DNA of 63,736 nt, counting the filler, from Lama guanicoe (taxonomy: Eukaryota), in the NCBI GenBank assembly GCA_013239625.1. It is 91 parts of 91 records of this genome, joined end to end, with 100 filler letters (N's around TTAATTAATTAA, not from the genome) between each part and the next. Parts side by side here need not be neighbours in the genome. Positions count along the whole stretch, not along the records: positions 23,817 to 24,358 come from PNXV01028786.1; positions 24,459 to 25,044 come from PNXV01028787.1; positions 25,145 to 25,679 come from PNXV01028788.1; positions 25,780 to 26,582 come from PNXV01028789.1; positions 26,683 to 27,199 come from PNXV01028790.1; positions 27,300 to 27,771 come from PNXV01028792.1; positions 27,872 to 28,344 come from PNXV01028793.1; positions 28,445 to 28,965 come from PNXV01028794.1; 83 more parts are not named here. One strand, written 5' to 3'. The translations under genes and the position numbers were made by a program. Positions 23,991-37,827 of this stretch are shown here, piece after piece. The first letter of the stretch is position 1; each line of letters starts with the position of its first letter. The notes beneath the pieces are model-generated. The model was not told the DNA's origin, ran no database searches, and saw only the letters and a program-made list of their open reading frames with translations.

Positions 23991-26849
23991 AGGTGGTTAG
24001 GAAAGGAGTGTGACAGAGGATATAAGAGTCTCTCAGTCTTGCCTTCCAGGAGAACCGCTTAGGCACAAAGTGTTGCCTCAATTCTAAGGGATGTTATCAC
24101 GCTATGATGTTCAACACCATGGACTGAAGGCACTGAAGGCTTGAAAGAGTTAATAGCCAATCACCAATCTAAATCAAGGCGAGTTTTAAGGGCCAAGAGT
24201 CCGGTGTTCAGAAAGGCAAAACTGGCTTTTTAACAAATAAGGCTCTGACCTGGACACTCTAGTGATGTTTCTAAAGATAAGTGAATTATTGTTGAAAAAC
24301 AAAAGTGCAATTGGTTATCTATGGTGCTGTGCAAAAATACAGATGAGTCCCTGTCAGCNNNNNNNNNNNNNNNNNNNNNNNNNNNNNNNNNNNNNNNNNN
24401 NNTTAATTAATTAANNNNNNNNNNNNNNNNNNNNNNNNNNNNNNNNNNNNNNNNNNNNGGGAGATAGCCAGGTATAAAACACACAAAAATTTCTGATCTG
24501 GAAGCTCGTGTTCAAGTGGGATGAAAAAGAAAAACAAACAAACAAAAGAATGTGCTAGGTTAATTGTATTAAAAATAAGAGAAATAACAAAATAGAGACA
24601 ACAGAATGGAGTATGTGTATGCAATTTGAAGTAGGATGGCCAGAGCGAGTCTCAGTAAGAGGGTGGCACTGGGAGCAAGTGGGAAAGGGAGCCCTGTGTC
24701 TACCTGGGAGGAGGGATTCCAAGTAGAGGGACTAGCCGGGTCATTGGCCCGGAGCTGCTATTACAGCAGCAAGGCGATTGTGGGTGGAAAGGCACGAACA
24801 TGAGAAGAGGGGGAGAAATGAAGAGTAGGGGTGAATCTGTGTTGCTCTAAGTGAAATAAGGAAATATTGGAGGGTAGTTATGGACAAGCAATCCTTTTCT
24901 GGGGCGGTCCACCAGTCTGGGGGAGACATGACCTCTCCAGGCATCAACATATATAATATGGGGAAGAGATATTCTGAACCCTCCGATTCTGTCCCTGGAA
25001 GCAACCTTATAGGTTGAGATTATGCAGTGTAAATCTCCTAGTGTNNNNNNNNNNNNNNNNNNNNNNNNNNNNNNNNNNNNNNNNNNNNTTAATTAATTAA
25101 NNNNNNNNNNNNNNNNNNNNNNNNNNNNNNNNNNNNNNNNNNNNGCTCTCAAAGCACCTTCTCCCAGTTACAAGGGGAGCAGGCTTTTCATAGGAAAGGG
25201 TGAAGGAGGCTCATAGGACTGGAGTCTTTGTCATCCTGATTCATGGAAAAGAGTAACGATTTCCCCAGATGGGAAGCCTTTCCTGCCCTTTTATGGCCCT
25301 TCAGAGTTTGAGTCAGAAGTGGGTGGAACCCACACGGTGCTGTCTGGCAGGGGTTTTAGTGTTAAAATGAGATGATAATGCGCTTTAGAGACACCTCTGT
25401 CCCAGTTTTGAAGTCCAGCCATCTTCCACCAGTTTCTCGTGGTTAAGCCTTCTTATTTCTGTCATGGGAACAAGCTGGAAGATACGGTCGGTTCTGGTTT
25501 TCTGCAGTTTTGCCCAGAGGGAGGATTCTGTTAGAAATGGTGGTGGGGTTAGAGGGGGCTTCCTGGCTTCCTGGCCTAAGGCAGGACACCTTAAAAACTC
25601 ATGTAGAGACAGTTTGGGCACAGTTAGGGGCCCTTGGATTGCTCCCCTTGGTGACAGTACTACTGAGAGTAGAATGTGANNNNNNNNNNNNNNNNNNNNN
25701 NNNNNNNNNNNNNNNNNNNNNNNTTAATTAATTAANNNNNNNNNNNNNNNNNNNNNNNNNNNNNNNNNNNNNNNNNNNNTTGATATTAATTGTGAATGTT
25801 CATTAGTCATTGAAGCTTCTTTGAGATATCAGGTTATAGTCTTTTAAATGTTTTTCTTAGGAACTGCTTTTATTTTTACATGAAACGCATAAGTCATAAA
25901 TATGTTCTGTTTTTTTAATTAATCTGTGGTGAAGCATTTGGTAATATGATAAAATTAACATTTACCTTTAAGGCTTCTTGGTTTCATGCCAAGTAGAGAG
26001 ACAGCCTTACCTGTCCACTAGATTCTAGTCATTCTCTGCTGTATAATTTCATATTATCTTATTTTCAGTAATCTACCATATTGACATCAATATGTGTATA
26101 CTATGAAAATGGATATGATTTTATTCCCTTCTAAAGTGATTGTTTTAGTATTTTTGTTCTTATTTTCTACTTCTTGACTGTAACTCAATATTACCTTCTG
26201 TTAAGAAAGTGGGTACTTTCTAGAGTAATTTTGAACGTATTTATTTTGACCACAGTTAATGGTGTTCATGTCATACTGTAGAAAACACTAGCTTATTCAA
26301 TACATTGTGTTGAGGCTTTGACAGTTTACCCTAGAAAGGACAAAAAATGTAGGGATATTTACACTAAATTTTTTTTTTGAGGGTGAGGAAATTAGTGATG
26401 AATACAAGCTAAGACTTACTTGGTCATGAGAAGGGACAATAAAATAAAAGAATCACCCACCAGGTATTTGTGCATTTCATGGGGATAACTAGGGGGGTGC
26501 CTGATATACAGGTAAGTGGATAAATATAACAACAGATAGTTTAAGCAAACGTGACTGTGGAAATTTTCACCCAATTCAAACTNNNNNNNNNNNNNNNNNN
26601 NNNNNNNNNNNNNNNNNNNNNNNNNNTTAATTAATTAANNNNNNNNNNNNNNNNNNNNNNNNNNNNNNNNNNNNNNNNNNNNGCTTTTCTTTCTCTGCCC
26701 AGGGAGCCCTTGGTGCTTACATGATGTAGGGATTTTTGCATTTGGTCCGTGCCCCTCTTTTTTTGCCCAGTTCCTGCCATTTGGCCTGCATCCCCTTTCT
26801 CTGCTTGTATCTAGCTGTCTGCCTGCCCTAACATATACCATAGCAGCAG

Positions 26850-27199
26850 TCATCACCACAGTACAGTTTTGGATCTTCCATCCCCCCATCAAGATCCCTA
26901 GGGCCTCTTTGCCGTCAGTCCTTTTTGCTGTCTCCAGCCTTTGGCAACCCTGATCTTTTTGTCTCTGTAAATTACCTTTTCTGGACAGTTCATATAGGTG
27001 GGATGTTACAATATACAGTCTTCTGTGTCTGACTTCTTTCACTTAGCCTGATGTGTTTTGGGTCCGTCCATTACACAGCATCTATCGGTAGTTGCATGTT
27101 GCAGCATGTACTGCATTTTGTTTTATCAACTCACCATGGGTGACATTTGGAATGTTTCCTTTTTTTTTTTGCCTATTTTGAATGTTTCTATGAACATAC
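26850..27199 (-). mobile_element. Old L1M 3' UTR fragment
   Basis: ttggcaaccctgatctttttgtctctgtaaattaccttttctggacagttcatataggtgggat...gacttctttcacttagc. Confidence 0.8.
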
Positions 27200-27419
27200 N
27201 NNNNNNNNNNNNNNNNNNNNNNNNNNNNNNNNNNNNNNNNNNNTTAATTAATTAANNNNNNNNNNNNNNNNNNNNNNNNNNNNNNNNNNNNNNNNNNNNT
27301 AAGACTGGGGTCAGTAGATTCATGTCCTGATTCTGCCATGAAAACTGAGTGGTCTTTGTTGAGGGTCTGCCTTGATCCTCTGTTTCTTCACCTGCTGCTG
27401 GTCTCAATGTGACTTCTAG

Positions 27420-27771
27420 ATGGTTTATGTTTGTCCCTTCAGTCCACTCCTTGCTCCCTCTTCCCTGCTTTCTGCTTGGGAGGGGTAACCTGCATGGACT
27501 TCTGGCTTCTGTTATGCTCAGCCAGCGGGGAACACTGGCAGGAGAGCAGAGGGAGGGAGGAGAGGGAGCTTAGTGGGCGTAGAGCTCCAGCTCCTTCTCT
27601 TCATCCTTGACCTAAGAGCACAAACCCTGTCAGGCAGCCTTTCCTGCTGAGCCGTCTCTGCCTCTGGGTTCCTGTGACCACTTCCTCCTCTCCTTCCTTC
27701 ACACTCAGTGTTAGGAAGAAAACCAGTATTCCTAGCCCTGGGGCACTGCGCTATTTCTTGTGGTATCCTAT
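27420..27771. mobile_element. ERVL-class LTR (LTR33/LTR16-like) fragment; duplicated at ~27991-28344
   Basis: ggcttctgttatgctcagccagcggggaacactggcaggagagcagagggagggaggagag resembles the LTR33 family from memory. Confidence 0.5.
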
Positions 27772-30700
27772 NNNNNNNNNNNNNNNNNNNNNNNNNNNNN
27801 NNNNNNNNNNNNNNNTTAATTAATTAANNNNNNNNNNNNNNNNNNNNNNNNNNNNNNNNNNNNNNNNNNNNTAAGACTGGGGTCAGTAGATTCATGTCCT
27901 GATTCTGCCATGAAAACTGACTGGTCTTGGTTGAGGGTCTGCCTTGATCCTCTGTTTCTTCACCTGCTGCTGGTCTCAGTGTGACTTCTAGATGGTTTAT
28001 GTTTGTCCCTTCAGTCCACTCCTTGCTCCCTCTTCCCTGCTTTCTGCTTGGGAGGGGTAACCTGCATGGACTTCTGGCTTCTGTTATGCTCAGCCAGCGG
28101 GGAACACTGGCAGGAGAGCAGAGGGAGGGAGGAGAGGGAGCTTAGTGGGCGTAGAGCTCCAGCTCCTTCTCTTCATCCTTGACCTAAGAGCACAAACCCT
28201 GTCAGGCAGCCTTTCCTGCTGAGCTGTCTCTGCCTCTGGGTTCCTGTGACCACTTCCTCCTCTCCTTCCTTCATACTCAGTGTTAGGAAGAAAACCCAGT
28301 ATTCCTAGCCCTGGGGCACTGCGCTATTTCTTGTGGTATCCTATNNNNNNNNNNNNNNNNNNNNNNNNNNNNNNNNNNNNNNNNNNNNTTAATTAATTAA
28401 NNNNNNNNNNNNNNNNNNNNNNNNNNNNNNNNNNNNNNNNNNNNAAATAATGACAAGCATATTTTTCATATCTTCTCATGTATGCCCATTATCCCTTCAT
28501 GGACACTAAAAAAGACTAATCTTATCTTTTAAGTCTAATTTTTTTCCCTCAAAATTTATAGTTTCTTTAGGGCTTTTTAAAAAATTCAAAGGTATTTCAA
28601 TTGTATTATTAAACTAAAGTATAATACTGTGCAAATGATGCATAAATTGAAAATTTCTGTGTAACAGTGGTAAATATGTTCATCTGTGTCAAAAAAGATG
28701 AGCATCATTACCCTGGGGTAGAATGTTATAGTTTAAAATTTAATGGACAAGATAATATTGAGAAAGAGGAACAGTAATTTGTATCACAATCTGTAATTGT
28801 ACCTTAGTTCAATCTAGTTTTTAACTATTTTTCAGATTTAAGAAAGATTTGCCCTTACATCACAGAAAATAAATCTTGAAGTACTTGTCTCCATAGAGAA
28901 ATTCATATGAGATACTTCAAAGAGGAAGACTTTTCAAACAAAATTCACTTTTATTCTATTTTGTGNNNNNNNNNNNNNNNNNNNNNNNNNNNNNNNNNNN
29001 NNNNNNNNNTTAATTAATTAANNNNNNNNNNNNNNNNNNNNNNNNNNNNNNNNNNNNNNNNNNNNTGTGATTGCAAAGCTAAAGTTTAATGGAGATGTAA
29101 GAGGAAAAAAGCTGAAAGTCATGGGTGCACTGTCTGACAAGAGTGCAGAGACTGGGGCAAAGGGCTGAAGTGTATGGGGCTTGTGGGTGGAGTGTTTCCT
29201 CTTTCTGTTTGGATTGATGGATCTGAAATGGTATTTTAGAGACTGGCATGGGATATAACTCTGATTATCAGTGGGGTGCATCCGACTAGCCAACAAAACC
29301 TATCATTCCAGGGCTATGCTGGGGCTCAAGATCAATAGAAGTGTGAGGTGTAAAGAAAGAAAGCAACATTGGCCCATTGTTTCATAGCTTTTCTGTGTGT
29401 GTTATGCAGCTTTAACATTTAAAATAAGTGGAGAGTTTTCCTTTTTCTTTTCATTCTTTTGTTTGTCTGTCTGAGAGATTTGACATAGTGGGGAAAAAAA
29501 AGTCCTATACTGGGAGGTTTGACTTATGATTAGGTTTGAATGTTGGGAAGATGGACGTTATGCTTATTAACAGTCACCATCTTGAGTAACCCTGTCGGTT
29601 GAGAGTCACATACAACTGAAGGAACCCTATTTTACATACTGTGGGAAAACTGTTTTCCCTTCTGTTCTCTCTGGAATCTGGATGGGACTAGGTGGGGATT
29701 GTTATTTCTCCTGGTCACCTCTGGCACTGACTTCCTGCTTCCTCTCTCCTGTGCTGGTCTCCACTAGACCAAGACTTAAATCCATTTAAGCTCCCAAATG
29801 CCCTTCTGTATTGTTCAAAAACCCTCTCCTTTTTGTGATATTTTTTCCCACCTCTTTCTTTTTTGTTTCAGTTCCCACTCTGGAAAGGGAAAATGAGATC
29901 CATCATTTGAAAATCCCTTCTCTTTAGTGNNNNNNNNNNNNNNNNNNNNNNNNNNNNNNNNNNNNNNNNNNNNTTAATTAATTAANNNNNNNNNNNNNNN
30001 NNNNNNNNNNNNNNNNNNNNNNNNNNNNNTTACACATTTTCATATGTATTATTTTCTAAATGGTATAATAAAAGCTGTTAGTTACTCCCTCTGCATATTA
30101 ACAGGAAAGTGAAATTCTTTGTTCTATGTGTGACTGCATTGCACATTATAGAACTATGAAATATTTACAAAGGGAAGGTTAAATCCATACAGCTCTAAAA
30201 TTTGTACTTCAGTCTTCAGGGATTTACATCATCTTGATTTAATGAAGTACGAGGAGTAAGAATGTTGACACACAGAAAAAAATATTTCGGTTTCCTCTCT
30301 ATTGTACAGACAGAAAGTATTGAAGTAGATTTGTTGACACCTAAGCAGTAACTAATTATTACCCATTTGATGTCTCAACAGTCATTTGAGAAATCTAATA
30401 GTGAAAAGCAGACACCAACTCTCAAAAAGAGAAAAATGTGATTCACATTATAGTAAAGAAATACTGTATCTTCAACTGATTTAGCTTGATTGTCANNNNN
30501 NNNNNNNNNNNNNNNNNNNNNNNNNNNNNNNNNNNNNNNTTAATTAATTAANNNNNNNNNNNNNNNNNNNNNNNNNNNNNNNNNNNNNNNNNNNNTATTA
30601 TTCACCACTTTTACTTATCTCTCTACCTATGCTAATAAATATCTTCTTTAAAAACACCAGAGGTGCATTAAGCTATGTACTGGGCCCTCTTGCCCGACTA

Positions 30701-31628
30701 ACCGCATTGAGGCCACCTTGCCAGCTGCCCTGTAACAAAGTTGGGTGCATCCAAGGCAGAGCAAACTTGGCAGTGCCATGGAGCAGACAGAGGTAGGTTC
30801 TGAGATTTATTTTCACTGGATCTCTCTCAGTCTGCATACCATGTGGTGTCTCAGAGCCTGGAAACTGACTATGGAGCCACTATTGGGGTTATGGCTGGTG
30901 AGGTCCTTTCACAACAGAAACCGGGGATGAACTGCCAAGCATGGTGCTGGAGGGAAGACAGGGCAGAGACTCATGCATGTACATGCAGTGATAGCTGGGT
31001 GATGGCACTGCCAGCAAGAAGGAGTATTGCCTGAGCCCAAAGAACTGACTGCGGGTTCAGAATTGCAGGTTTAACACAAGACTCAGGCTCAACTGCAGAC
31101 TGCAGCCCAGAGGCCAGCACTTCTGTAAACCAGCCTGAGGCCAGGCGGTCCCTTTCCCTCATGTCAGAAAGACATGTAGCTTCCTTTGCACACACCTAAA
31201 TTCCATCTTAAGGAGACAAGCAGGAGAAGGCAAGAGGATGCAGAGAATTTCTATGCAAGGAGGTTGAACACAACCTAAAGCAACCATGTAACTTCTTAAA
31301 TTAGATTAAACGTCTAATCATAGAAGAATAAAAGTCAGTTTTTACCCTCAATAAATAGATGGAGGCTGGGATAATGATCAAATTAATTATGATCCAAAAG
31401 TAAAACAAGTTAACTTTTTTTCATGCATTCAAGTTATAGTGCATGACATCCTATCACCACTGCACAGTGGAATTTACTGAGAATCACTTTTTTCNNNNNN
31501 NNNNNNNNNNNNNNNNNNNNNNNNNNNNNNNNNNNNNNTTAATTAATTAANNNNNNNNNNNNNNNNNNNNNNNNNNNNNNNNNNNNNNNNNNNNTCCTTT
31601 TGTTCTTTATAGCTCCCATTTAAAAATG

Positions 31629-31730
31629 TTTTTTAGTTATTATTATTTTTTTTAGTGGAGGTACTGGGGATTGAACCCAGGACCTCAAATGTGTGAAGCA
31701 TGCCCTCTACTACTGAGCTATCCCCTCCCC
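31629..31730 (-). mobile_element. tRNA-derived SINE, camelid Vic-1-like
   Basis: Minus strand GGGGAGGGGATAGCTCAGTAGTAGAG...GAGGTCCTGGGTTCAATCCCCAGTACCTCC plus an A-rich tail. Pol III A and B boxes are present, but the cloverleaf is broken. Confidence 0.85.
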
Positions 31731-32742
31731 TCTACAGCTTCCTTTTGAATATGAAGACATTCTCACCTATCCCAACATACCCCATACACATCTCCCAACT
31801 CAGCAATCTCAACTCACCAGAAAATACGTATTTTGAACTTGCTATAGACTTTTTCTATTTCTATTCTTGTTCAGCATCATTGGAGAAGGCCAAGAATTGA
31901 ATATAAGGCAAACTTGTTTTTTTTTCTTATGTAGCGACCTCTACATTGAATTTTTTAAAGTAGTTATGCATCATCAACAAAATGACAGTAAGAGTAATTT
32001 CTTATATGACTTTAAAAGGAAGAGAAAGGAATTTTGCACTTTGGTTGTTAACGGTCTTTGGATGGTGATTTAGAGCAATGCGAAGAGGTGAGCTTCTTGA
32101 GTTAGTCCCACCGACTAAGCTAAGGGCCAGTGTCCTCAGGCCAGATTATGAGTCGTTGTTTTAATCAAGAANNNNNNNNNNNNNNNNNNNNNNNNNNNNN
32201 NNNNNNNNNNNNNNNTTAATTAATTAANNNNNNNNNNNNNNNNNNNNNNNNNNNNNNNNNNNNNNNNNNNNGCTTTCTAAGAAGGCTTGAGGAGTACACC
32301 AGAAATTAACACAGCATTGTTAATCAACCATACTTCACAAAAAATATCCAGTAACCTAGGCATGAGATTGATGGTCACTGTTATTTCATCCTCATAAACA
32401 GAGCTGTGTCACTTGAGAGGTGGAAAACTATTTCATTTTGATGTGCACTGAGTGAATTACCATTGGAGTGTGACATCTATTTTTCCTTTGTGAATATGTG
32501 TCCATTTTCTCTGCCTTCTATGCTCCTGAGATTTTTTGATGTTACGTTTGAAGTGATCTGAACTCTCTATGTATTGAAGGAAATAGCCCCTTTTTGGATT
32601 TGTAAACAAATAACATCCTCTGGTGTTTTGTTTAAAATTAGGNNNNNNNNNNNNNNNNNNNNNNNNNNNNNNNNNNNNNNNNNNNNTTAATTAATTAANN
32701 NNNNNNNNNNNNNNNNNNNNNNNNNNNNNNNNNNNNNNNNNN

Positions 32743-33286
32743 AGAAAAGAAAAAGTAAATTTTCTCCATTTGCAAATGATACAGTCTTATACATGAAAAA
32801 ATATCTCACAGACTCCGCCAAAACACTGTTAGAACTAATCAGTAAATTCAATGACTTTACAGGCTAAAACATAAACATACAGAAATCTTTGTATTCCTGT
32901 ACATTAACAATGAGATATCTGAAAAAGAAATGAAGCAAACGGTCCTGTGCACAACAGCATCAAAAACAATAAAATACTTTGGAATAAATATAACCAAGGA
33001 AGTGAAAGATCTCTACACTGAAAACTACAAGACACTGATGAAAGAAATCGAATATGCAAATAAAAGCAAAATATTCCATATGCATGGATCAGAAAAAATA
33101 AAATAATATTGTTAAAATGTCCATACTACCCAAAATCATCTATAGATTGAATGGTAACCCTATTAAAATTAAAATGGCATCTTTTTCACAAGAATAGAAA
33201 ATACAACCCTAAAATTCATGTGAAACTGCAAAAGACGCCATATTGCCAGAACAATCCTGAGAAAGAAGACAAAACTGGATGCATCA
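32743..33286 (+). mobile_element. LINE-1 ORF2 RT C-terminal fragment, copy A
   Basis: Degenerate FADD region (tttgcaaatgatacagtcttatac) and ggaataaatataaccaaggaagtgaaagatctctacactgaaaactacaagacactgatgaaagaaat (GINLTKEVKDLYTENYKTLMKEI). Confidence 0.95.
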
Positions 33287-33386
33287 NNNNNNNNNNNNNN
33301 NNNNNNNNNNNNNNNNNNNNNNNNNNNNNNTTAATTAATTAANNNNNNNNNNNNNNNNNNNNNNNNNNNNNNNNNNNNNNNNNNNN

Positions 33387-33930
33387 AGAAAAGAAAAAGT
33401 AAATTTTCTCCATTTGCAAATGATACAGTCTTATATATGAAAAAATATCTCACAGACTCCACCAAAACACTGTTAGAACTAATCAGTAAATTCAGTGACT
33501 TTACAGGCTAAAACATAAACATACAGAAATCTTTGTATTCCTGTACATTAACAATGAGATATCTGAAAAAGAAATGAAGCAAACGGTCCTGTGCACAACA
33601 GCATCAAAAACAATAAAATACTTTGGAATAAATATAACCAAGGAAGTGAAAGATCTCTACACTGAAAACTACAAGACACTGATGAAAGAAATCGAATATG
33701 CAAATAAAAGCAAAATATTCCATATGCATGGATCAGAAAAAATAAAATAATATTGTTAAAATGTCCATACTACCCAAAATCATCTGTAGATTGAATGGTA
33801 ACCCTATTAAAATTAAAATGGCATCTTTTTCACAAAAATAGAAAATGCAACCCTAAAATTCATGTGAAACTACAAAAGACTCCATATTGCCAGAACAATC
33901 CTGAGAAAGAAGACAAAACTGGATGCATCA
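33387..33930 (+). mobile_element. LINE-1 ORF2 fragment, copy B (duplicate contig)
   Basis: Same 544-bp boundaries as 32743-33286, with about 8 substitutions. Confidence 0.95.
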
Positions 33931-35179
33931 NNNNNNNNNNNNNNNNNNNNNNNNNNNNNNNNNNNNNNNNNNNNTTAATTAATTAANNNNNNNNNNNNNN
34001 NNNNNNNNNNNNNNNNNNNNNNNNNNNNNNGATAGCATGTTGTCCAACAGTGCAGAGTGAAAATACAATGTCTAAGGGTGAAGATATTATACAGCAGTGT
34101 AGTGTGTGGATTCCTGGCTTCAAACACTTTTTTTTCATGTTTTTTTTGGTTTCCTTTATAAATATGGGAAAAAGCAAGTCAAAAAGTAAAAGCTACTGAG
34201 GCAACTGTATTGGTTTGTTAGCAACCTTTATTATTTAATTTAATTTTCTTCAAACTAAATTTTTTTTGTAGCTCTGAGCTTCAGAGACCAGAAAGAAGGT
34301 GATATGATACAATATAATGTTGGAGGCAGAAAAATGATGTTTGTCTACTAAAGCAACTTTTTTTGATTGGAAGGAAAACCACTTTATAATTGTCTACATA
34401 TAGGAACTGCATTTTATAGTTTGTTATTTTATTTTTCATCTNNNNNNNNNNNNNNNNNNNNNNNNNNNNNNNNNNNNNNNNNNNNTTAATTAATTAANNN
34501 NNNNNNNNNNNNNNNNNNNNNNNNNNNNNNNNNNNNNNNNNGGGAATTTTCAGGCAAGTGATGGTGTTAGATGAAGGCAGAAGCCATGCCGAGATCCAGT
34601 CTGGACTCTACAACTCACGAAATGTTAACTTTGTGCAAGTCAGTCTCCCCGGTCCTCCTTTTCCTTAGTAATGGCAGGATGCTACTGCCTACTGGCTGAT
34701 GGAAGGATAAGATTAGATAATTGCATGGGATGCTGCAATGCAAAGTCCGAAGCATGGCACGATGCTGGCACAAGGCATGGTAATGGTAAAGGGCACCTTT
34801 TGATCTTGCTGATCCAGGATTCCTTTCCCACTCTCACTTTGGAGCATCCTTGGAGGCACTGGGCATCGAGATGCCCTACTTTCTGTGGCCAAGATGTGTG
34901 TAGGCAACCCAAGCCAGGACGAAGCTACACTCTCACTTTGCAATTCTATTCTTCAGAAGAATACCACAAAGATATTTAATGGTTGGAGTTCATTTATTTG
35001 GATAAACCTGTCACAAGGAAGTTTACAACGTACATCCCAGCGCTGCCTTGATTTCTCTTTTTGAAATCAAATGAGATTTNNNNNNNNNNNNNNNNNNNNN
35101 NNNNNNNNNNNNNNNNNNNNNNNTTAATTAATTAANNNNNNNNNNNNNNNNNNNNNNNNNNNNNNNNNNNNNNNNNNNN

Positions 35180-35927
35180 ATCAAACTTTCAATAGCATTT
35201 TCCACTATCAAACTTTCAATAGCATTTTGCACAGAAGTGGAAAACCATTTCTAAAATGTGTGTGGAAGTACAAAAATTCCAGAATAGTCAAAGCAATCTT
35301 GAAAAAAGAACATAGCTGTGGCATCATACATCCTGATTTCTAGTTATGTTACAAAGCTATATTAATTAAAACAGTATGGTACAGACAGGAAAAAATAGAA
35401 CAATGGAATAGAACTGAGAGTCCAGCATATATCTGGAGGGAAATATAATTTGAAAAGACACATGTACACCAGTGATCAGAGCAGCACTATTAATAATAGC
35501 CAAGAAATGGGAAAATAAATCCCCAAGTAACCATCAACTAATGACTGGATAAAGAAAATGTGATATATAATTATAAACACACACACACACACACACACAC
35601 ACAATTAAATACTACACATCCATAAAAAAGACTATAATAATACCATTTGTGGCAACATGGATGGACCAGGTGATTTTTGTTCTAAGTGATGGAAGTCAAA
35701 AACAGAAATAAAAATGCCATATAATATCACCTATATGTGGAATCTTAAAAAAGGACACAAGTGCACTTACCTACAAAACAGAGACTCACAGATACAGAGA
35801 ACAATCATGGCTACCAAGGGTAAAGAGGGCAGGTAGGGATCAATTGGAAATTCAACTTTGCACCTCTTGGGGGGTGACGGAAATGTTAGCTGCTGTGTGG
35901 TGGTGGTTTCATCTATCAAAATTCATC
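35180..35927 (+). mobile_element. LINE-1 ORF2 end and 3' UTR, internally deleted, with (CA)n
   Basis: agaatagtcaaagcaatcttgaaaaaagaa..., acaaagctatattaattaaaacagtatggtac, gcaacatggatggacc...; (AC)n at ~35577-35602. Confidence 0.92.
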
Positions 35928-37657
35928 NNNNNNNNNNNNNNNNNNNNNNNNNNNNNNNNNNNNNNNNNNNNTTAATTAATTAANNNNNNNNNNNNNNNNN
36001 NNNNNNNNNNNNNNNNNNNNNNNNNNNATTGTGTGTCTCAGTTGAGCTAAAACTCGCAGAGTTACAGAGCAGTACATGTTTTGAAGTACTGAAGTGAGAA
36101 CTTTATAAACAAACTCCTTAGGGAAGAGATGTGGCAGGTTAGTCACTATTGACCAAATTATTTTGATTTCTTCTCAATCTCATAATAGAATATATGGTAA
36201 AAATGCATCCATTGAAGAGTACACAGTGTGCATCTTGGTAAGAAATGTGAGTATTAAATAACTGGGATTGTTCCTTGAGGTGGGAGTCGAAGTCATAAAA
36301 ATCATTCAAGGATACTTAATTCTTCAGCATCATTGCCAAGTGAGCTGACAGGCTTCGTTTCCTACAACAAAAACCCCATACAAATGTTAAAAGCTGTGTG
36401 ATGCCTTAAGAACTGTCTTATGATGATAACTGAGAATTCATATTCTGTTCTTCCTTGGTAGCCTTACCACTAACAGGTCACTGTCATGTTATGCTCCAGT
36501 GAAAAATAAGATTACTTGAACTAATAATAGTTAGCCTCTATTACTATGCCGGTTGGAGTTGAAAGCCTGCTTTGAAGTACAGCCTTGGAAGGAGGCGGCT
36601 TGGAGCTGCTCATCCGTGGATGAACAGAGAGCCCGACTTCTCATGTTGATTGCTGGCAAGTAGACTGAGATTAGAAGATGCAAATTTGGCATGGGTCTGC
36701 CACTTTGCTGTGATTCCTTGCTTGTTTGGAGAATGAAATCCCACTTTAACTTTCTCTTTGTAGACAACAGTCATCTAATAAGAAACCTGATTGTGGTCTA
36801 ATCATGGTGTAAAGATGTCTGTTACATCTTATCTGTCACATCCAGCTTGAGGTAGAATGCCATGGTCTTGTCAGCATAGTGTATATTGGTAAATTAAGAT
36901 AGAAGAGAGTGTTTCTCCTTTTTTTCTTCATACACCAAAACCAACATATATATACTATTTGCTTTTTTACAAGCCTATCATTGAATCAGTGATNNNNNNN
37001 NNNNNNNNNNNNNNNNNNNNNNNNNNNNNNNNNNNNNTTAATTAATTAANNNNNNNNNNNNNNNNNNNNNNNNNNNNNNNNNNNNNNNNNNNNCTCCTCC
37101 TTGTTGACGTGGAACTCCCAGCCTTCTGACCTGACCTGCTAACGCACCCGGCCTTATTTCACTTTGGACTGGATAACCATGCTCTCTCTCTCTGTCTTTA
37201 CGCAAAGATGTGATGTAAATGTCAGCTGGGACTGGCTCAAAGGCACGGCCCCACAGCCTAGTGCTAGAGACCTCAGGACTGTGGCGATGCATTCATCAAA
37301 TTCCTGCGGGGACAGGTGATCAGCCCGCGACACATTTATCTGATTTTTATCATCAAGTTCACATTTTCACTATTAGAGCCATTATTAGGATGTCACAAGA
37401 GACTTTGCAAAGGTCCTACTGAAAGCCAGGTGCAGAGCCAAGAAGACTAAATCCCAGAATGTCCCACCATGCCCCTTGTCCTGTCCCCACTGCTCGCCCC
37501 ACGCCCCATGGCTTCACCTCCCTCAAGCTACGCCAATCTCAAAAACACTTTCTAGATTTGGGTCCCCAGGTTCTTACATGTTTTCACAAATGTCCTCTGG
37601 TAGGACAGTAACTGTTAACACAGGAGTCCCAGAAGAACTGACCAGGAGGCTGGAGAA

Positions 37658-37827
37658 CAGCGGCCAGCCCACTTCTTCTGTAAAGGGCCCGATAGTCAAT
37701 ATTTTCGGCTCTGAGGGTCACACAGTCTGTCACAACCCCTCAGTTCTGTTTGTCTGGCCCAAAAGCAGCCATAGACAGTGTAGAAACAAAGGGCATGGCT
37801 GTGTGCCAACAAAACTTTATTTATGGG
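37658..37827 (+). mobile_element. MER58A-like hAT (Charlie) DNA transposon
   Basis: ttctgtaaagggcccgatagtcaatattttcggct...aaagcagccatagaca...gggcatggctgtgtgccaacaaaactttattta. Confidence 0.85.
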
